Assembly (NCBI GenBank): GCA_001244265.2
Contig: CDLV01000004.1
Span: 1,674,001 to 1,738,000, forward strand
Length of the DNA stretch: 64,000 bases
Reading direction: 5' to 3'
Source: Microbotryum violaceum
Taxonomy: Eukaryota
Below the pieces are notes generated by a model. It saw only the letters and a list, made by a program, of their open reading frames with translations. It ran no database searches and was not told the origin of the DNA. Below are positions 30,379-55,139 of this stretch, piece after piece (position 1 is the stretch's first letter; each line of letters begins with the position of its first letter). The translations under genes and the position numbers were made by a program.

Positions 30379-31415
30379 AGGACCCCCGAAACCTCAGCCG
30401 GAGGCGCATGTTTTTTTTTGACATTTTGAGGACCCAAAATCCTGAAAATCGTCGAAGCGCATCACAAAAAATTGACATTTTGGGACGAAACACCCGTTTC
30501 GCCCCCGAGGCGCATGCCCAGATTTTGACATTTTCCCGTGAGTCGGCCCAATTTTGGCCTACCCTGAGCAGCCTACGGCATGGCTTTGGGCCCGTTTGCC
30601 TTCGCTTCGAAACGCGCTTCGCGATGCTCGCGCTTGAACAAGTCACTAGCCATTTTCGGTAATCACTTTAGTTCAGTGGCTGTTAGAGAATATTAGGGGT
30701 TCCGAGCAAAAGACGTTCAAAGCTGGGCGCTGCGAGCTCAACGATGGATTGACAAAATTGTCGTTATCAACGAAATTGACCGCAACCGTATCGCTGTCGC
30801 ACGTCGCATACTGAACGGACTGCAATGGCAAGAGCAAGACGGGCTTCTACCATTGCCTCTTCTTGCAAGTGGAACGAGTTTGGTTTATCTCCTGAGATCC
30901 TTAAGTCAGTACACCAATCCTTCAGCTGGCCACTCGTATTCATCTCGTATCTGAGGCATATTCGCGTCTCTACCCAGGTCATGATTGGCTCGGTGAAGCC
31001 GCGGTGAACTTGTCAGTAGACAGCGTCCTTCGAGCTGGACGAGTGCAGAATCCCGATTTCGAAACATCGTATGGACTTATACCCTCCACCTTCATCTCCT
31101 TGGTAATGGCTCGCCCTCCCGACTCGGGTCCTCATTCGATCTTCAAAGCCTGCTTTTTCGGCCCGCCAAACCAGTATCGGAATCTCATCGAGCTAGGCGA
31201 TTGCATGCGCAACACGCCGACCTCAAAGTCTGCTTATGGAGAAGAAGCGCAGTCTATCGGAATTGGTACGTTGTTTTGAGTGGCAGTTGAGCTGTGAAGT
31301 TCTCGTTTGACACAAGTCTTGTGTCCTACAGTGCGATACATCTATAGCAAAGCGACAACAAACCACTGCAACCAAGACACGCTCGCCTCGTTGGTTCTAC
31401 TCTCAAATGTCGTCT
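30379..31415 (+). mobile_element. Truncated second copy of the 10243-12309 TIR element, about 90 bp upstream of the eIF5A start codon
   Basis: 30379-30690 matches 10243-10560, and 31235-31415 matches 11506-11685. The right TIR is absent. Confidence 0.85.
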
Positions 31416-31631
31416 TACACATAGCAAGAAAGGCCAAAAAGACGACCGTTTAGACCGGTGCCGCACCTGGCCGGGAGGTTCGCCATGGTTCGGCGCGCGC
31501 GTGCGAAGTTTTTCACGGTGTGGGACCTCGAGGAGGTCCATAACGGTGTGGGCGCTTGAGGTGAGGTTGGTCACCGTGCATTCACTCGGTCCAAAGGTGG
31601 CACCTTGGTGCTCAGGTTTTTCGGATTGTGC

Positions 31632-31750
31632 CGAGGTTCTCCAATTTCAGTATGAGGTTCTCCAACTTCGGCGTCAGGTTCTACAACTTCGGTGGTAGGT
31701 TCGGTAACTTCGGAGTCAAGTTCTCTAACTCCTTGCCGAGGTTGCCAATG
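31632..31750. repeat. Degenerate 21-bp tandem repeat (~5-6 units)
   Basis: GAGGTTCTCCAACTTCGG-like unit recurring every 21 nt. Confidence 0.75.
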
Positions 31751-32212
31751 GTTGAAGACCAGGGGTCGGATTGCGCACGGTTCGCTTCGTTTACCAAGGG
31801 TGGAAGACCGGTCGAAAAAATCTGCACTCTTGAAACCTCCTTGAGGCGGTGGACACGTTCCTAGTACACTGTACTATTGGTTGTTTTTTAACTGGCTGTA
31901 GCATAGGATTTCTGGGTATGCAAAACTGAGTAGTAAAACCGAAGATCTACTGAGGCACAGTGGGCAGTATGGCACACGGTAGAAGCGACGTCCGTTCGTC
32001 TTTGACTGATAAGCATCTGTGTGCAGGACCGAGTGGCTCTAAGCTCTTCATAGGGTCCACGGCACAGTACAGTGCTGGGGCGGCTGAGATAGTGTTTCTT
32101 CTGTTGGCAATGGACCATGTCTCGGATGTCAGAAAATCGAGCTGTTTTGCTGCTAGATTGGGAAGGAAGTGCGGTGGGACCTGTAGAGCTGCTCAAGCGG
32201 TGGTAAGGCTCT

Positions 32213-36755
<4,543 letters not shown>

Positions 36756-36770
36756 TCACCCCCGGGTTTA

Positions 36771-37559
<789 letters not shown>

Positions 37560-37562
37560 TCA

Positions 37563-40448
<2,886 letters not shown>

Positions 40449-40612
40449 CATTGAATTGGACTTCGAGATGGACAAAGTGGGTGATGTTGCCGGATTGGAT
40501 TGGTCGTCCGTCAATCACGTAGAGAGGAATGGGCGTGGGATGCGCGATGAGTTGAAGATGGTTGTCGTGCACAAATGACTCAAAAACAAAGATAGAGGTT
40601 GCGCCAGAATCA

Positions 40613-45978
<5,366 letters not shown>

Positions 45979-46099
45979 TATGTGAGCCCAGAGTGACGAG
46001 CGATTAGAGCGGTTATTTGTGCGTGCTTCCGAATCTGGCCGCAGCTCATCATCGCGCCTGGGAATCCCGCTCGGGAGGGTTGGGCGTGTAGTGCCAGTG

Positions 46100-49000
46100 G
46101 ACAAATCTGGGCCCATTTCAGCCACGTTCGGCTTGGCCTCCGCCAGCTCCGCCCCCGACCGCACGACCAAAAAAAACGTCGAGTGGAACAGGCTCTGGCT
46201 GCCCAGACTGAAGATCTGTCCAACAGGGCTCAGCCCGAGTCTCTGTCAAAAACTGCCCGCCCCAAGTTCTCCTTCAACTTTCCTTCCAATACTGCCACTC
46301 AAACTGCCCCCCAGCCAAGGGTCCGCATTAGAGCAGATCACCGCCAGATCTGATCTGATCTGATCTGAATTTTTCTGATTCTGCCTTGATTGATCTGATC
46401 TGAGACATGAAATTGCCTAATTTAACACAGAGAGACTTCTACATGTCTACATGTTGAAATCCTCATCTTCTTCCTCCACAACCTCATCTTCATCCTCATC
46501 CTTATTTTCATATCCTCCAATGTGATCACCTTGCTAAGCCGCCGCTTTTTGGAGGAGCTCCCCGCTTTGATGACTGAATTGGGTCGCATGATCCCTATGT
46601 GCATGAGAAAGTGTTTGCAATGAGATGGCGCGATCCGTTCTCTCTTCGGATCAGGTGCGCCGCAGTTGAAATCACAATGGCACCATCTAGGTACCGCCTA
46701 CTTTTGTAATTTTTTTCCTCGAGGCTTGATTGATCTGAACTTGATCTGACCCCCGTCAGATCAGATCAGACAGATCTGAAACTGATTAGATCTGATCTGA
46801 ACTGAACTGATCTAATGCGGACCCTTGCCCCCAGCCTGCCTCCAACCAGGGAACTGCCTCTTCCCTCGTTGAAAAATCCTCCGAGTCCCCCAACTCGGCG
46901 TCAGCCTGGACCTCTTCCCCGCAACACCACCCACATCCATCTCATCCACAAACGCGGCGAGACGGATCAGCTCTCGAACAAACGCTCCATATCGCTCATC
47001 AATGCGGCCGAGCGCATCATCTCGCAAGCCCACAGCCAGCGCCTCGCTCCCTTGCTCGAGTCCCTGATCGGCCCAACCCAACGTGGCTTTGTTCCGAACC
47101 GTTGGATCGACACGAAAATCGCTGAGGTCCAGTGTCTCATGGACCCTGGACTTCCGGGCTCAACACCCGTGTCCGGCATGTTAGTGGTGATGGACTTTGA
47201 AAAGGCTTACGATCGTCTTTCCCACCCGTACCTTGATGCAGTCCTCTGCGCCGTTGGCCTCGGCCCCAAAGCCCGCCAATGGTACCGAGCGACCTACACC
47301 AACCAATCCGCCTCGATCTCCCTCAACGGTTGGCTCTCTGCCGCCTTCGACATCCTGTCGGGCGTTCGGCAAGGTGATCCTCTGGCTCCGTCTCTCTTCG
47401 TTCTGGCGATCGAAGGTTTTGCCTGTCAGATTCGATTGAGAGCCAAGGGCATCGATATTGCGGGCCTCCAAAACATTCGAGAACTTCTCTTTGCCGACGA
47501 TGCTTGCTGCGCACTCCACAACCTCTCGGACCTCGACCACCTCAATCGGGCGATCGAGCTTTACGAACGGGCAAGTGCCAGCAAGCTCAGCAACGTCAAA
47601 TCTTTCCTCTACCCCTTGGAGCTTTTCGGGATCGGCCGATCGCCCCAGAGCTCGGGACCTGGCGTCTCAGCGATTCGCAGTTTCGCTACTACTTAGTATT
47701 CAGGTCGGGGTGGAGATCGCCGAGGATGCGGGCTGGGAAGATGCAAGGCCTCGACCGTCGCTCGGATACGCTCAATTCCGATGTACGATCTCCCATATGC
47801 AGCCAAGTGTTCGATCATTAACATCTACTGCTACACAAAGATCCTGTACTACAGCCGATTCCTCCCGCGCCCAAGAGCGTTGTCAAGGAGATCGAGGAGG
47901 CCGTCATGCTCGCCATTCACGATCGGGCTTCGGATGGTACTCAGCAACGTCCGAAGGTCTCCCGGTCACGCCTCTGCACCCCTCTTGATCACGGCGGCTT
48001 CGGTTTGATTGATCTGCCTCAGCGTCTAGCAATCGATCACGCGAAGTGGGTCTTCCAGCTCCGGGCCCCGGACGGCTGCTTCACACACCACCTCTTTGAC
48101 ATCCGCATCCGCCTCCAGGCACCAAACGAACCAACCCCTTTCACCTTGTCCAGACCGGCCCCCGACCAGCATCGTTGCCCTTGGACTTGGATCTGGTGGG
48201 CTTACTTTTGCCATCCTCCCCAAAGTGGGACCATGCGGTGAGAAAAACGACAAAACTTCTTCCTGCTCGTTGGGTCCGATACTTTGAAGCCTGGGCATTG
48301 GTGACCACGCTCAATCCCCCGGAACTCTCCAAGAGCCAGAACCTCGAGCAATGGGCGACGCACGTACTCTACTTCCCAGCGGGCCACGGAATACAACTCT
48401 CGGTAAACCCGACGCTTTTTCGAGGGCCCGATGGCGAGGTGATGACCCCGTCTTCGTTTGTGAACGCGTTCAAACGCCACCAAGTCTTCATCCTCCCCCT
48501 TATCTTCCCCAAGGGACACCAGAAGGTATTCGATCTGCCTGAGCAACGTTGAAACGTGTGGTGGAAGGCTTTTGCGCAAGGTTCGCCGGGTTCACTCGGA
48601 CGCCGAGGATACCGGCCACCTTCTCTCCCTGGGGTCCCTCCATCCGGGAAGCCAAGTCGCCTCCCCAACCAGCCCACATCCCAACAATCGATCTACCTCC
48701 CGTGTGATGTGCCTCTCGGAAGCACCGAGTGCCTGGTTCACCTCGCGGTCGGCTGCCCATTTGCCCGGCGCCTCTGGTCTGCTCTGTCCCCGACCCCCAC
48801 CCAGTCTTTGTGGACTTTGTATGCCCGGTCGTGTCTCGCTCGGAACGTCGACTTGTCGAACCACGAGTCCTCTTCTTTCACTCGATCTGGAAGCTCTGTC
48901 GCCGTCGCCGATTCTTGTCGGATCTTTTGGAACCGATCACCGAAACGGACTTCGAGGGGTTTCGAGCCTCTATTCAGGAGTCCAAGGGTCGCCTAGTGTC

Positions 49001-49263
49001 TCTGTAAGCCACCAACGGGGGTTTTAGTGGGTATGGTTGATCCTGGTTCAGGGTCAACCAGTCCTACAGTACTGGCTTCTGCCAGTGTGCGTAACAGACA
49101 GCATTCCCTCCGACGTTTCCGAAGATTTCTAGGTATTAATATAATTATGCTGTTAATGAAGTCTGTCAAATAAATAAATAAAAAGAGATGCCGGCGAAGC
49201 CGAGGATTTTTAGGCATTAATATAGATATGCTGTTAATGAAATCTATTAGATAAAAAAAAAAG
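46100..49263 (+). mobile_element. LINE copy 2: 5'-truncated, internally deleted, with 3' UTR and A-tail
   Basis: The ORF1 tail is homologous to 3100-3320 and is fused at about 46910 to RT (HIHLIHKRGE, LFADD). It has a C-terminal C...HLAVGC zinc-finger remnant, an AT-rich 3' UTR and an A-run at about 49253-49262. Confidence 0.9.
46316..46827. mobile_element. hAT-type MITE (512 bp) inserted in LINE ORF1
   Basis: Perfect 17-bp TIR CAAGGGTCCGCATTAGA / TCTAATGCGGACCCTTG, perfect 8-bp TSD CCCCCAGC, and subterminal GATCT repeats. Confidence 0.95.
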
Positions 49264-50084
49264 AAGCTCACTGTAAGGCGCCGCTCCGCTTACGCCTCAC
49301 GACGACCTCGAGCCGACCTCTGCGGCCTCACGCTTGCCCTCGCGCGCGGCGCCGCCGCGTCTCTTGCTTGACCTTAGTCCTTTTAGTAGTCTTTCTTCGC
49401 CTGCGAATTACACCGTTTGATCCTTTCAGTTTGGATTCGGAACCAGTGAGGCTCGAGAGCAATCTCGTGCCTTTCACTCGCGTCGACCCTGATTAATGGA
49501 GGTTGTCGGTTGTGGACAGGTTGTGGGCGTAAGTCCTAGTGCTTCTGAAACATAGCATGATGATTCAGAGACGCATTTTTTGTCTCTTTTCAGCTCATTT
49601 CCTCGTGCAGATCATTCGAGTGACGACTCTCTTTGAGGTTTATACCCTGGCCCATGGCTTTACGCATAACGTAAATATCTCATAGAAACTTCGTCCATTG
49701 CATAACCAAGGTCCGCAGGGGATCACGAAGGAGGGGAACACGAAGGAGGGGAAGAATCCGTCCCGGCTAAGTGGTGCTCAGCCGCCCCCCCCCCCCCCCC
49801 CCCCCCATGGGACAGGAGGTCTCGATCAGAATGTGATTTGAGTCGATCGCCGCGAGTCCCGGCCTTCTGGTGGACTGAGGACTCGATAGAGTAGGGTTGA
49901 CGTCGAAGAAGTACGAGTATGGTCAGCCGCATGTGATACATGCCAAGTCCTACTGGGATCAATAGGACTTCAGATCGATCCCCATTGACAGATCTATCAG
50001 ACTTACACATCGGCTGCTAGCCACCGTGACAAGCCCTACTTAATGCAGTTCCGAAGGGCCACAACTTTAGGCAGGCGTCCCCCT

Positions 50085-50285
50085 TCAGGCGATGATGCAG
50101 ACCGCAACCCAAAAGTTGGACATGGGATTGCGCTCCTCGTCGACAAGATTCCCAGTGTTGTCCTTCTCAGAGTGAGAGTAGGTGCTCGTGACGTTGACTT
50201 GAGACCCGCGCTCTTCGAGGCGGCTCGGGGCAGGCTGGGATTTGGCCGAGACGGCGAAAGGGGTGGACAATGCGATGGGGGCCAT
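50085..50285 (-). CDS. Mating pheromone (lipopeptide) precursor, 66 aa, C-terminal CAAX (CIIA)
   Basis: MAPIALSTPF...VDEER-NPMSNFWVAV-CIIA*. It is a short intronless ORF with an ER processing site 11 residues before the CAAX Cys, and TATAAA at 50465-50460. Confidence 0.82.
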   Translation of the reverse strand: MAPIALSTPFAVSAKSQPAPSRLEERGSQVNVTSTYSHSEKDNTGNLVDEERNPMSNFWVAVCIIA

Positions 50286-50440
50286 GGTAGCGAAGTTGAG
50301 CGTTCGGGTAGAGGTGTCGTGAGGAAAGAGTGAACGAAGCGAGCGAGTGTTGAAGAAGAGACCAAGAGCACTGCACCGATTTCCTTCTGGTTTTGGAAGC
50401 GCACGCCGCCAGCATGCACTAAGCCAGCTTCATTGTATTG

Positions 50441-50658
50441 ACAAAGAGAGCGCCGTCCCTTTATACCTACGGCACGGTCACCGGACCGCGCGGAGCGCGG
50501 AGCGCCGAATCGCACCACGCCGTCGGGTCACATAGGGAAATATAGATCGCCACCGAAAAATGACGATCGATCCCGAGATTTGATTCGGCGGGCCCTTTGG
50601 CCAGTGCTCTAGGGCACTGCTCATGAACAATACGATAGGCAACATACCCACAAAGAAG
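50441..50658 (-). promoter_or_regulatory. Putative pheromone-gene promoter: TATA box and PRE-like HMG-box motifs
   Basis: ACAAAGAGA (50441), ATAAAGGGA (50464-50456, -), ACATAGGGA (50530) and ACAAAGAAG (50650), compared with the Ustilago PRE ACAAAGGGA. Confidence 0.4.
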
Positions 50659-50727
50659 GTGCAGCCGGGGAGATTCAGCGGGTAGACCGAGTTGCGCGAG
50701 AATTATGACACCCTCAAGGCATCCCTA

Positions 50728-51665
50728 CACATGCGCGCGCGAAATTTATGGCGGTCCTGCGAAATCAGTGCGTGACCCGTATGGCGAGCGCCTGTACGGC
50801 AGGTGTAAAATACCTGGCAGGTATTGTTTACTAATGCCGTATGGCGCGTCGCCTACGGAAACCGTCAGGTTATGGCGCGCCACCTACGGATCCCGGAGCC
50901 AAGGCTACGCTTAAGCTTAGTTAGTCAACTAACTACGCCACCGCAAATAGTTAACTAACTATCCCAACTATTGACGCATAGTTGATAGTTAGTTAGTTCT
51001 GGCTCGGAGGATAAGGCGCGCCACAGGAACTAGAGAAACAATTCACCTCCGAGTCGATGATGATGATGAGGTGTAGGTCTGTCATGTAGAATCACGTTCA
51101 AATGACAGATTACTGTTGTCAACGGTTGTTTCAAGAGTAATTATACCGCTCGAGTTCATATACACTATACTATTACACTATCATAAGAGGGTAGTTTGAG
51201 AGCATGGAATCGAGCGGCTCTCACAAGTCGGTGGCAGAGCCAGAGGATCAATGGGCTCAATACAACCACACAATTGCTGCATACTGCTGAGCCGTATGGG
51301 GTAATTGCGTTGGGTAAGCCCTCAACGACGCTCGGCGTGCGTCATTATTAGGGGCCAATTTGATAGTTTTTTATAGTTAACTATCCCAACTATAGTTAGT
51401 TAACTAACTATTGGGTCATAGTTGATAGTTAGATAGTTATGGCTGGAAGGTGGGATTTTACACGTAGTTAACTAACTAACTATGGAGCAACTAAGCTTAA
51501 GCGTAGCCTTGCGGGCCGGAGGGTTACGGCCTGACGTCGCCTGACGGTTTCCGTAGGTGACGCGCCTTATGGCACCCGTAGATCCCAGAATCTGTATGGT
51601 CACCTTACAAAAGCGGCAAGTCACAAATACACAAGCGCGCGCGAAACTTATTACTACCTCTACTA
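50728..51665 (+). mobile_element. CAC-ended DNA transposon termini (50728 and 51630) with an internal ~35-bp inverted repeat, hosting a MITE
   Basis: TA|CACATGCGCGCGCGAAATTTATGG and TA|CACAAGCGCGCGCGAAACTTA. 50835-50869 is inverted at 51540-51574. Confidence 0.55.
50900..51511. mobile_element. hAT-like MITE (612 bp)
   Basis: Perfect 23-bp TIR CAAGGCTACGCTTAAGCTTAGTT / AACTAAGCTTAAGCGTAGCCTTG with subterminal AACTA/TAGTT repeats. No clear TSD. Confidence 0.85.
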
Positions 51666-51699
51666 GGTTCGGCGGCGCGCGGAGCGCGCCACCTCACAT

Positions 51700-53730
51700 T
51701 GAGAATCAGCAGTTCTGTTACTTTATTGCAGATGGCTACGGTTCTACACTGCTTTAATCTATGCGCAATCTTTGCTGACCTTGAGACCTTCGAGAGATCG
51801 CAGCGTTCACAGGCGGTGGATCCATTGGACGAAGTTGATCCTCCGGCAGTGGACGCAGTGCAATCGGTGACTGCGGCGACATCCACCGCGACGAAGGCGT
51901 CCAAATCCGCGCTGTAGAAGGTTTCAGCGTCACCCGGCAGCAGGTCGAGCACCATGTCGTTGATGTGATCCACCTACAAATTTTTGGGCGTCAGTCTTGC
52001 TCGCTCTCGGAAGTATTCGACTTTTTCGCCTATCGATATATTGTCCAGTTCGAGCGCGGGGACGGGATATACGTGTCTGATCAACCTCGACATCTTCGAC
52101 GACTCTACGTGCAATGTTCCGAAACATCGACGGTGCTGCATCGGTGCCTCGTCCCAGAGCTCGGCGAGCTGTTCTTGTTTCGGAACATTGCACGTAGAGT
52201 CGTCGAAGATGTCGATCGGGATCTTGAACCGTGAATGTGCCGTGCTGCCTTTTGGCAGTAGCCGTGCAGCAATACCCGATGATGCAACGGCAAGAGCGTA
52301 TGTTCCCTCTCACTGAATCCGAGCAAGGACCGTTTCTTCCAAGAACGTTTTGCCTGTCCCTCCCGGAGCATCAACGAAATCGACGATTGTATAGGCGATG
52401 ACTTGGGAATAGCGGGAAGGCACTGCTTCGGATCCCCTGTGATGTTACAGTCCAACCGGTCAGTCATGCTGCCCTGCGCTTTGCTTTTGAAAGATTGGCA
52501 CATACCTGCCAACCCGACGGTCATTCCACCGAACCGAGCCGTGGAATAACGGGAAGGCATTGCTTCGGATTTGCTGTGATGTTACAGTCCAACCGATCAT
52601 TAGTCATGCTGCCCTGCGTTTTGCTTTTGAAAGTTTGGCACACACCTGCCAACGTGATGATCACCCCACCGAACCGAGACGTTGAGGATCTGGCACGGGA
52701 TGGTGAGCCGCAATTCACGGAACCTGTTTTTATTGCGTGATTCGTCCTTTAGAACTATCAGTATTCTTGCTGTTGTTCATCTGTAGCAATGTCAGTGAAG
52801 ACTCACATTTAGTGTCCCATGAACCCGGATTCTCAACCGTACGAAGTCAATCCTTCCGCTGTGTCACTGACGTCCAATGTCTGTTCTTCGTATCAATTTT
52901 TTCATCATATCTAAGACTACACAGCCATGTCAAGGGATGACTCACACATGCAGTATCATTAGCTGACGGCGAAGGAACACCTCGAGGGTTGACATTCAAA
53001 GAGGACGCGTTGAAGGGAATTTCTGCTTGGTAGCGTTCCATTAGCTTCTGAACAATCCCACACCAAGAGCAGTTCATGAAGTTACTTACTCGAATTCGTA
53101 GCTATGTTGCATGCGGCAGGCATTTCTTAACACCGTATTCGTTGCAGAGCTTCCACGACGACCGCTTCGGATGTCGCGAGTTCGAGGTGGCGATGGGATG
53201 AGGTGCGATGGGCAAGGTGTGAAGAGCAGGAGGGAGAAAGATGGAGAAGCCAGCGCCTCAGTTTGAACCGGACTCATAGAATGTCGTGGAAGGCCGCGGA
53301 ACGTCGTGGAGTGAAGCCCCGTGACACGCTGGCGGGGCCCCTAACGGCGGCATTGGCGCACTGGCCGACGCTACCCGAGGTCCGGAACTGGTTCAAGTGG
53401 ACGAACGAATCTCAAGCTTGGAGGTGAAGAAGTGCGGGCCCGTTGTACTTGCCGTGCGACATTGAGACTGCCTGCTGCCGGTGCAGTTGACTTGACGAAC
53501 CAGTTTGCGCGACGTCGTCTTGATCGGTTTCGCGCGGCTGCTTCTCGCGAAGGCGTCGTTGTCGCTGAGCTTCGGCGATTGTTCGAGGTTGCTGGCGGCG
53601 GGGTCTGTGCGATTAGAGCGGGAGTCGGGAGGAGTCGGAATGTGCGGAGGAGGAGCGCGAGCAGCTGCCGATGTCTCTGCTGCCCGCTGCTCTTCGTGAA
53701 GATTGTTGTACAGGAGACGGGGCATGAAAG
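51700..53730 (-). pseudogene. Degenerate Helitron PIF1-like helicase region
   Basis: NNLHEEQRAA, RFGGMTVGLAG...GDPKQCLPAIP, LIRHVYP and DHINDMVLDLLPGDAETFYSAD occur in the expected order. Confidence 0.75.
52087..52215. repeat. Perfect 40-bp inverted repeat with a 49-nt loop
   Basis: 52087-52126 is the exact reverse complement of 52176-52215. Confidence 0.93.
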
Positions 53731-54752
53731 CTTGCAGATGACTGCTCGGCAGTGGCAGAACTGGATGGTTGAAGGGACTACACTACGATGTGGCAGGCAC
53801 GCAAAACCGGTCGTCTGGGAAGCAGAGAGGCATGTGCCAGGCCGCTTTGATGGGAAATGGAACCTTGGCGAAGGTAGGCGAAACGGTCTGTCACTGGCCC
53901 CATGCTGAATCAGCGCTAGCTAGTTCCGGGGACGCGCTAGACCGAGAGCTGTCGATGACGTCACGCCACGTGATTTTTCTTTTGTTCTTTGACGTTCTTT
54001 GTCTAGACAACAGTCGGTTTTAGAGGATAGTAGGATTAGTAGATAAGTTTTATTACCCTATTACCTTATTACCCTAGTTACCCTAGTTACCCTATAGCTA
54101 TAGTAGCTAGTAGCTAGTAAAAAAAAAGTGTGAGTTAAGGAATGTACCTAAAATCGCTGTTTTTAACTAGGTTGCGGCCCGGAGGGCCGCCTGTGGTGGA
54201 TGCACCAGCATATTGTTGTGTCTGCCGCACCTGCCTGTGGTGTTGGGGTTCCGATCAGAAGTCATGTACAAGCCCTGTGGTGACTTTTGTATTTTCCGCG
54301 CCGTTCCAACGAAGCTACAGCGCTCCCAGTATTTTCTTTCTTTTCTTCGCTGACATAAACCAATGCTTCCACTCATATTGCATTTAATGAACCGCAAGCG
54401 CGTGGCTTTGAATGATATTGCTTCTACAGCAGAGCTCTGCCTGACGCGCGAGGCGAGGGCTGGCGTTTGCCACGTGATGCGGTGCGCCGGCGGTGTCAGT
54501 GTCGTTCCGGCAGTCGACCAGCGGCATTAGGGGCTGAACAACAAATTTGCCCGTCCGGCAGTCGACCAGCGATATTAGGGGCTGAACAACAAATTAAACC
54601 AGGTAAATAACCCTGCGCCACTCCCTCGAACCTTTCCTTTCTCCCTCCCACTCTCAAGAACAAACCCTCGCTACTATGCCCCGGTGCCAAGGTCGCCAGG
54701 GAGGGCCATCGCAACCTCGCCAAGTTCTTGGGCGCGAGGGTAGCGCTGTACC

Positions 54753-54998
54753 GCTGCTGGGCGCCCCGCGGCTCGAGCCTCCTCTTCGTCCCGCTCCGAT
54801 CAACAGAATCAGCCCCCGCGCGTCATGACAACAATTCAACCGATCTTGGCATTGCGACACGTATACGAGCCCGCCGTGCAGCTGTGCAGAACGGACAGCG
54901 TGGTCAGCGCGATGGCCAACTCGACGCTGGGCTCGCCCCACCACCACCTCCTCCGCAAAGGCGAGTGCGCCGGGCTCGAATCGCGTTGAAACCCCTCA
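54753..54998 (+). repeat. Inverted copy of Helitron 5' sequence 56798-57043
   Basis: Near-identical reverse complement over about 245 bp. Confidence 0.9.
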
Positions 54999-55139
54999 CC
55001 AGTGGGAACCCGTTAAATTAACGGGAGGATGAATTAAAACAATAGCAGGATAATCGAACAGTCTACATGATATCAGCGCAGAGGTTAAGAAAACACAATA
55101 CGAAGTACAGCAAAGAAACAAAATCCATTCATCTTATAT

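Noticed and set aside
49272-49665. Possible solo LTR starting TGTAAGG after the LINE tail
   Set aside because: No convincing CA end with a matching TSD was found.
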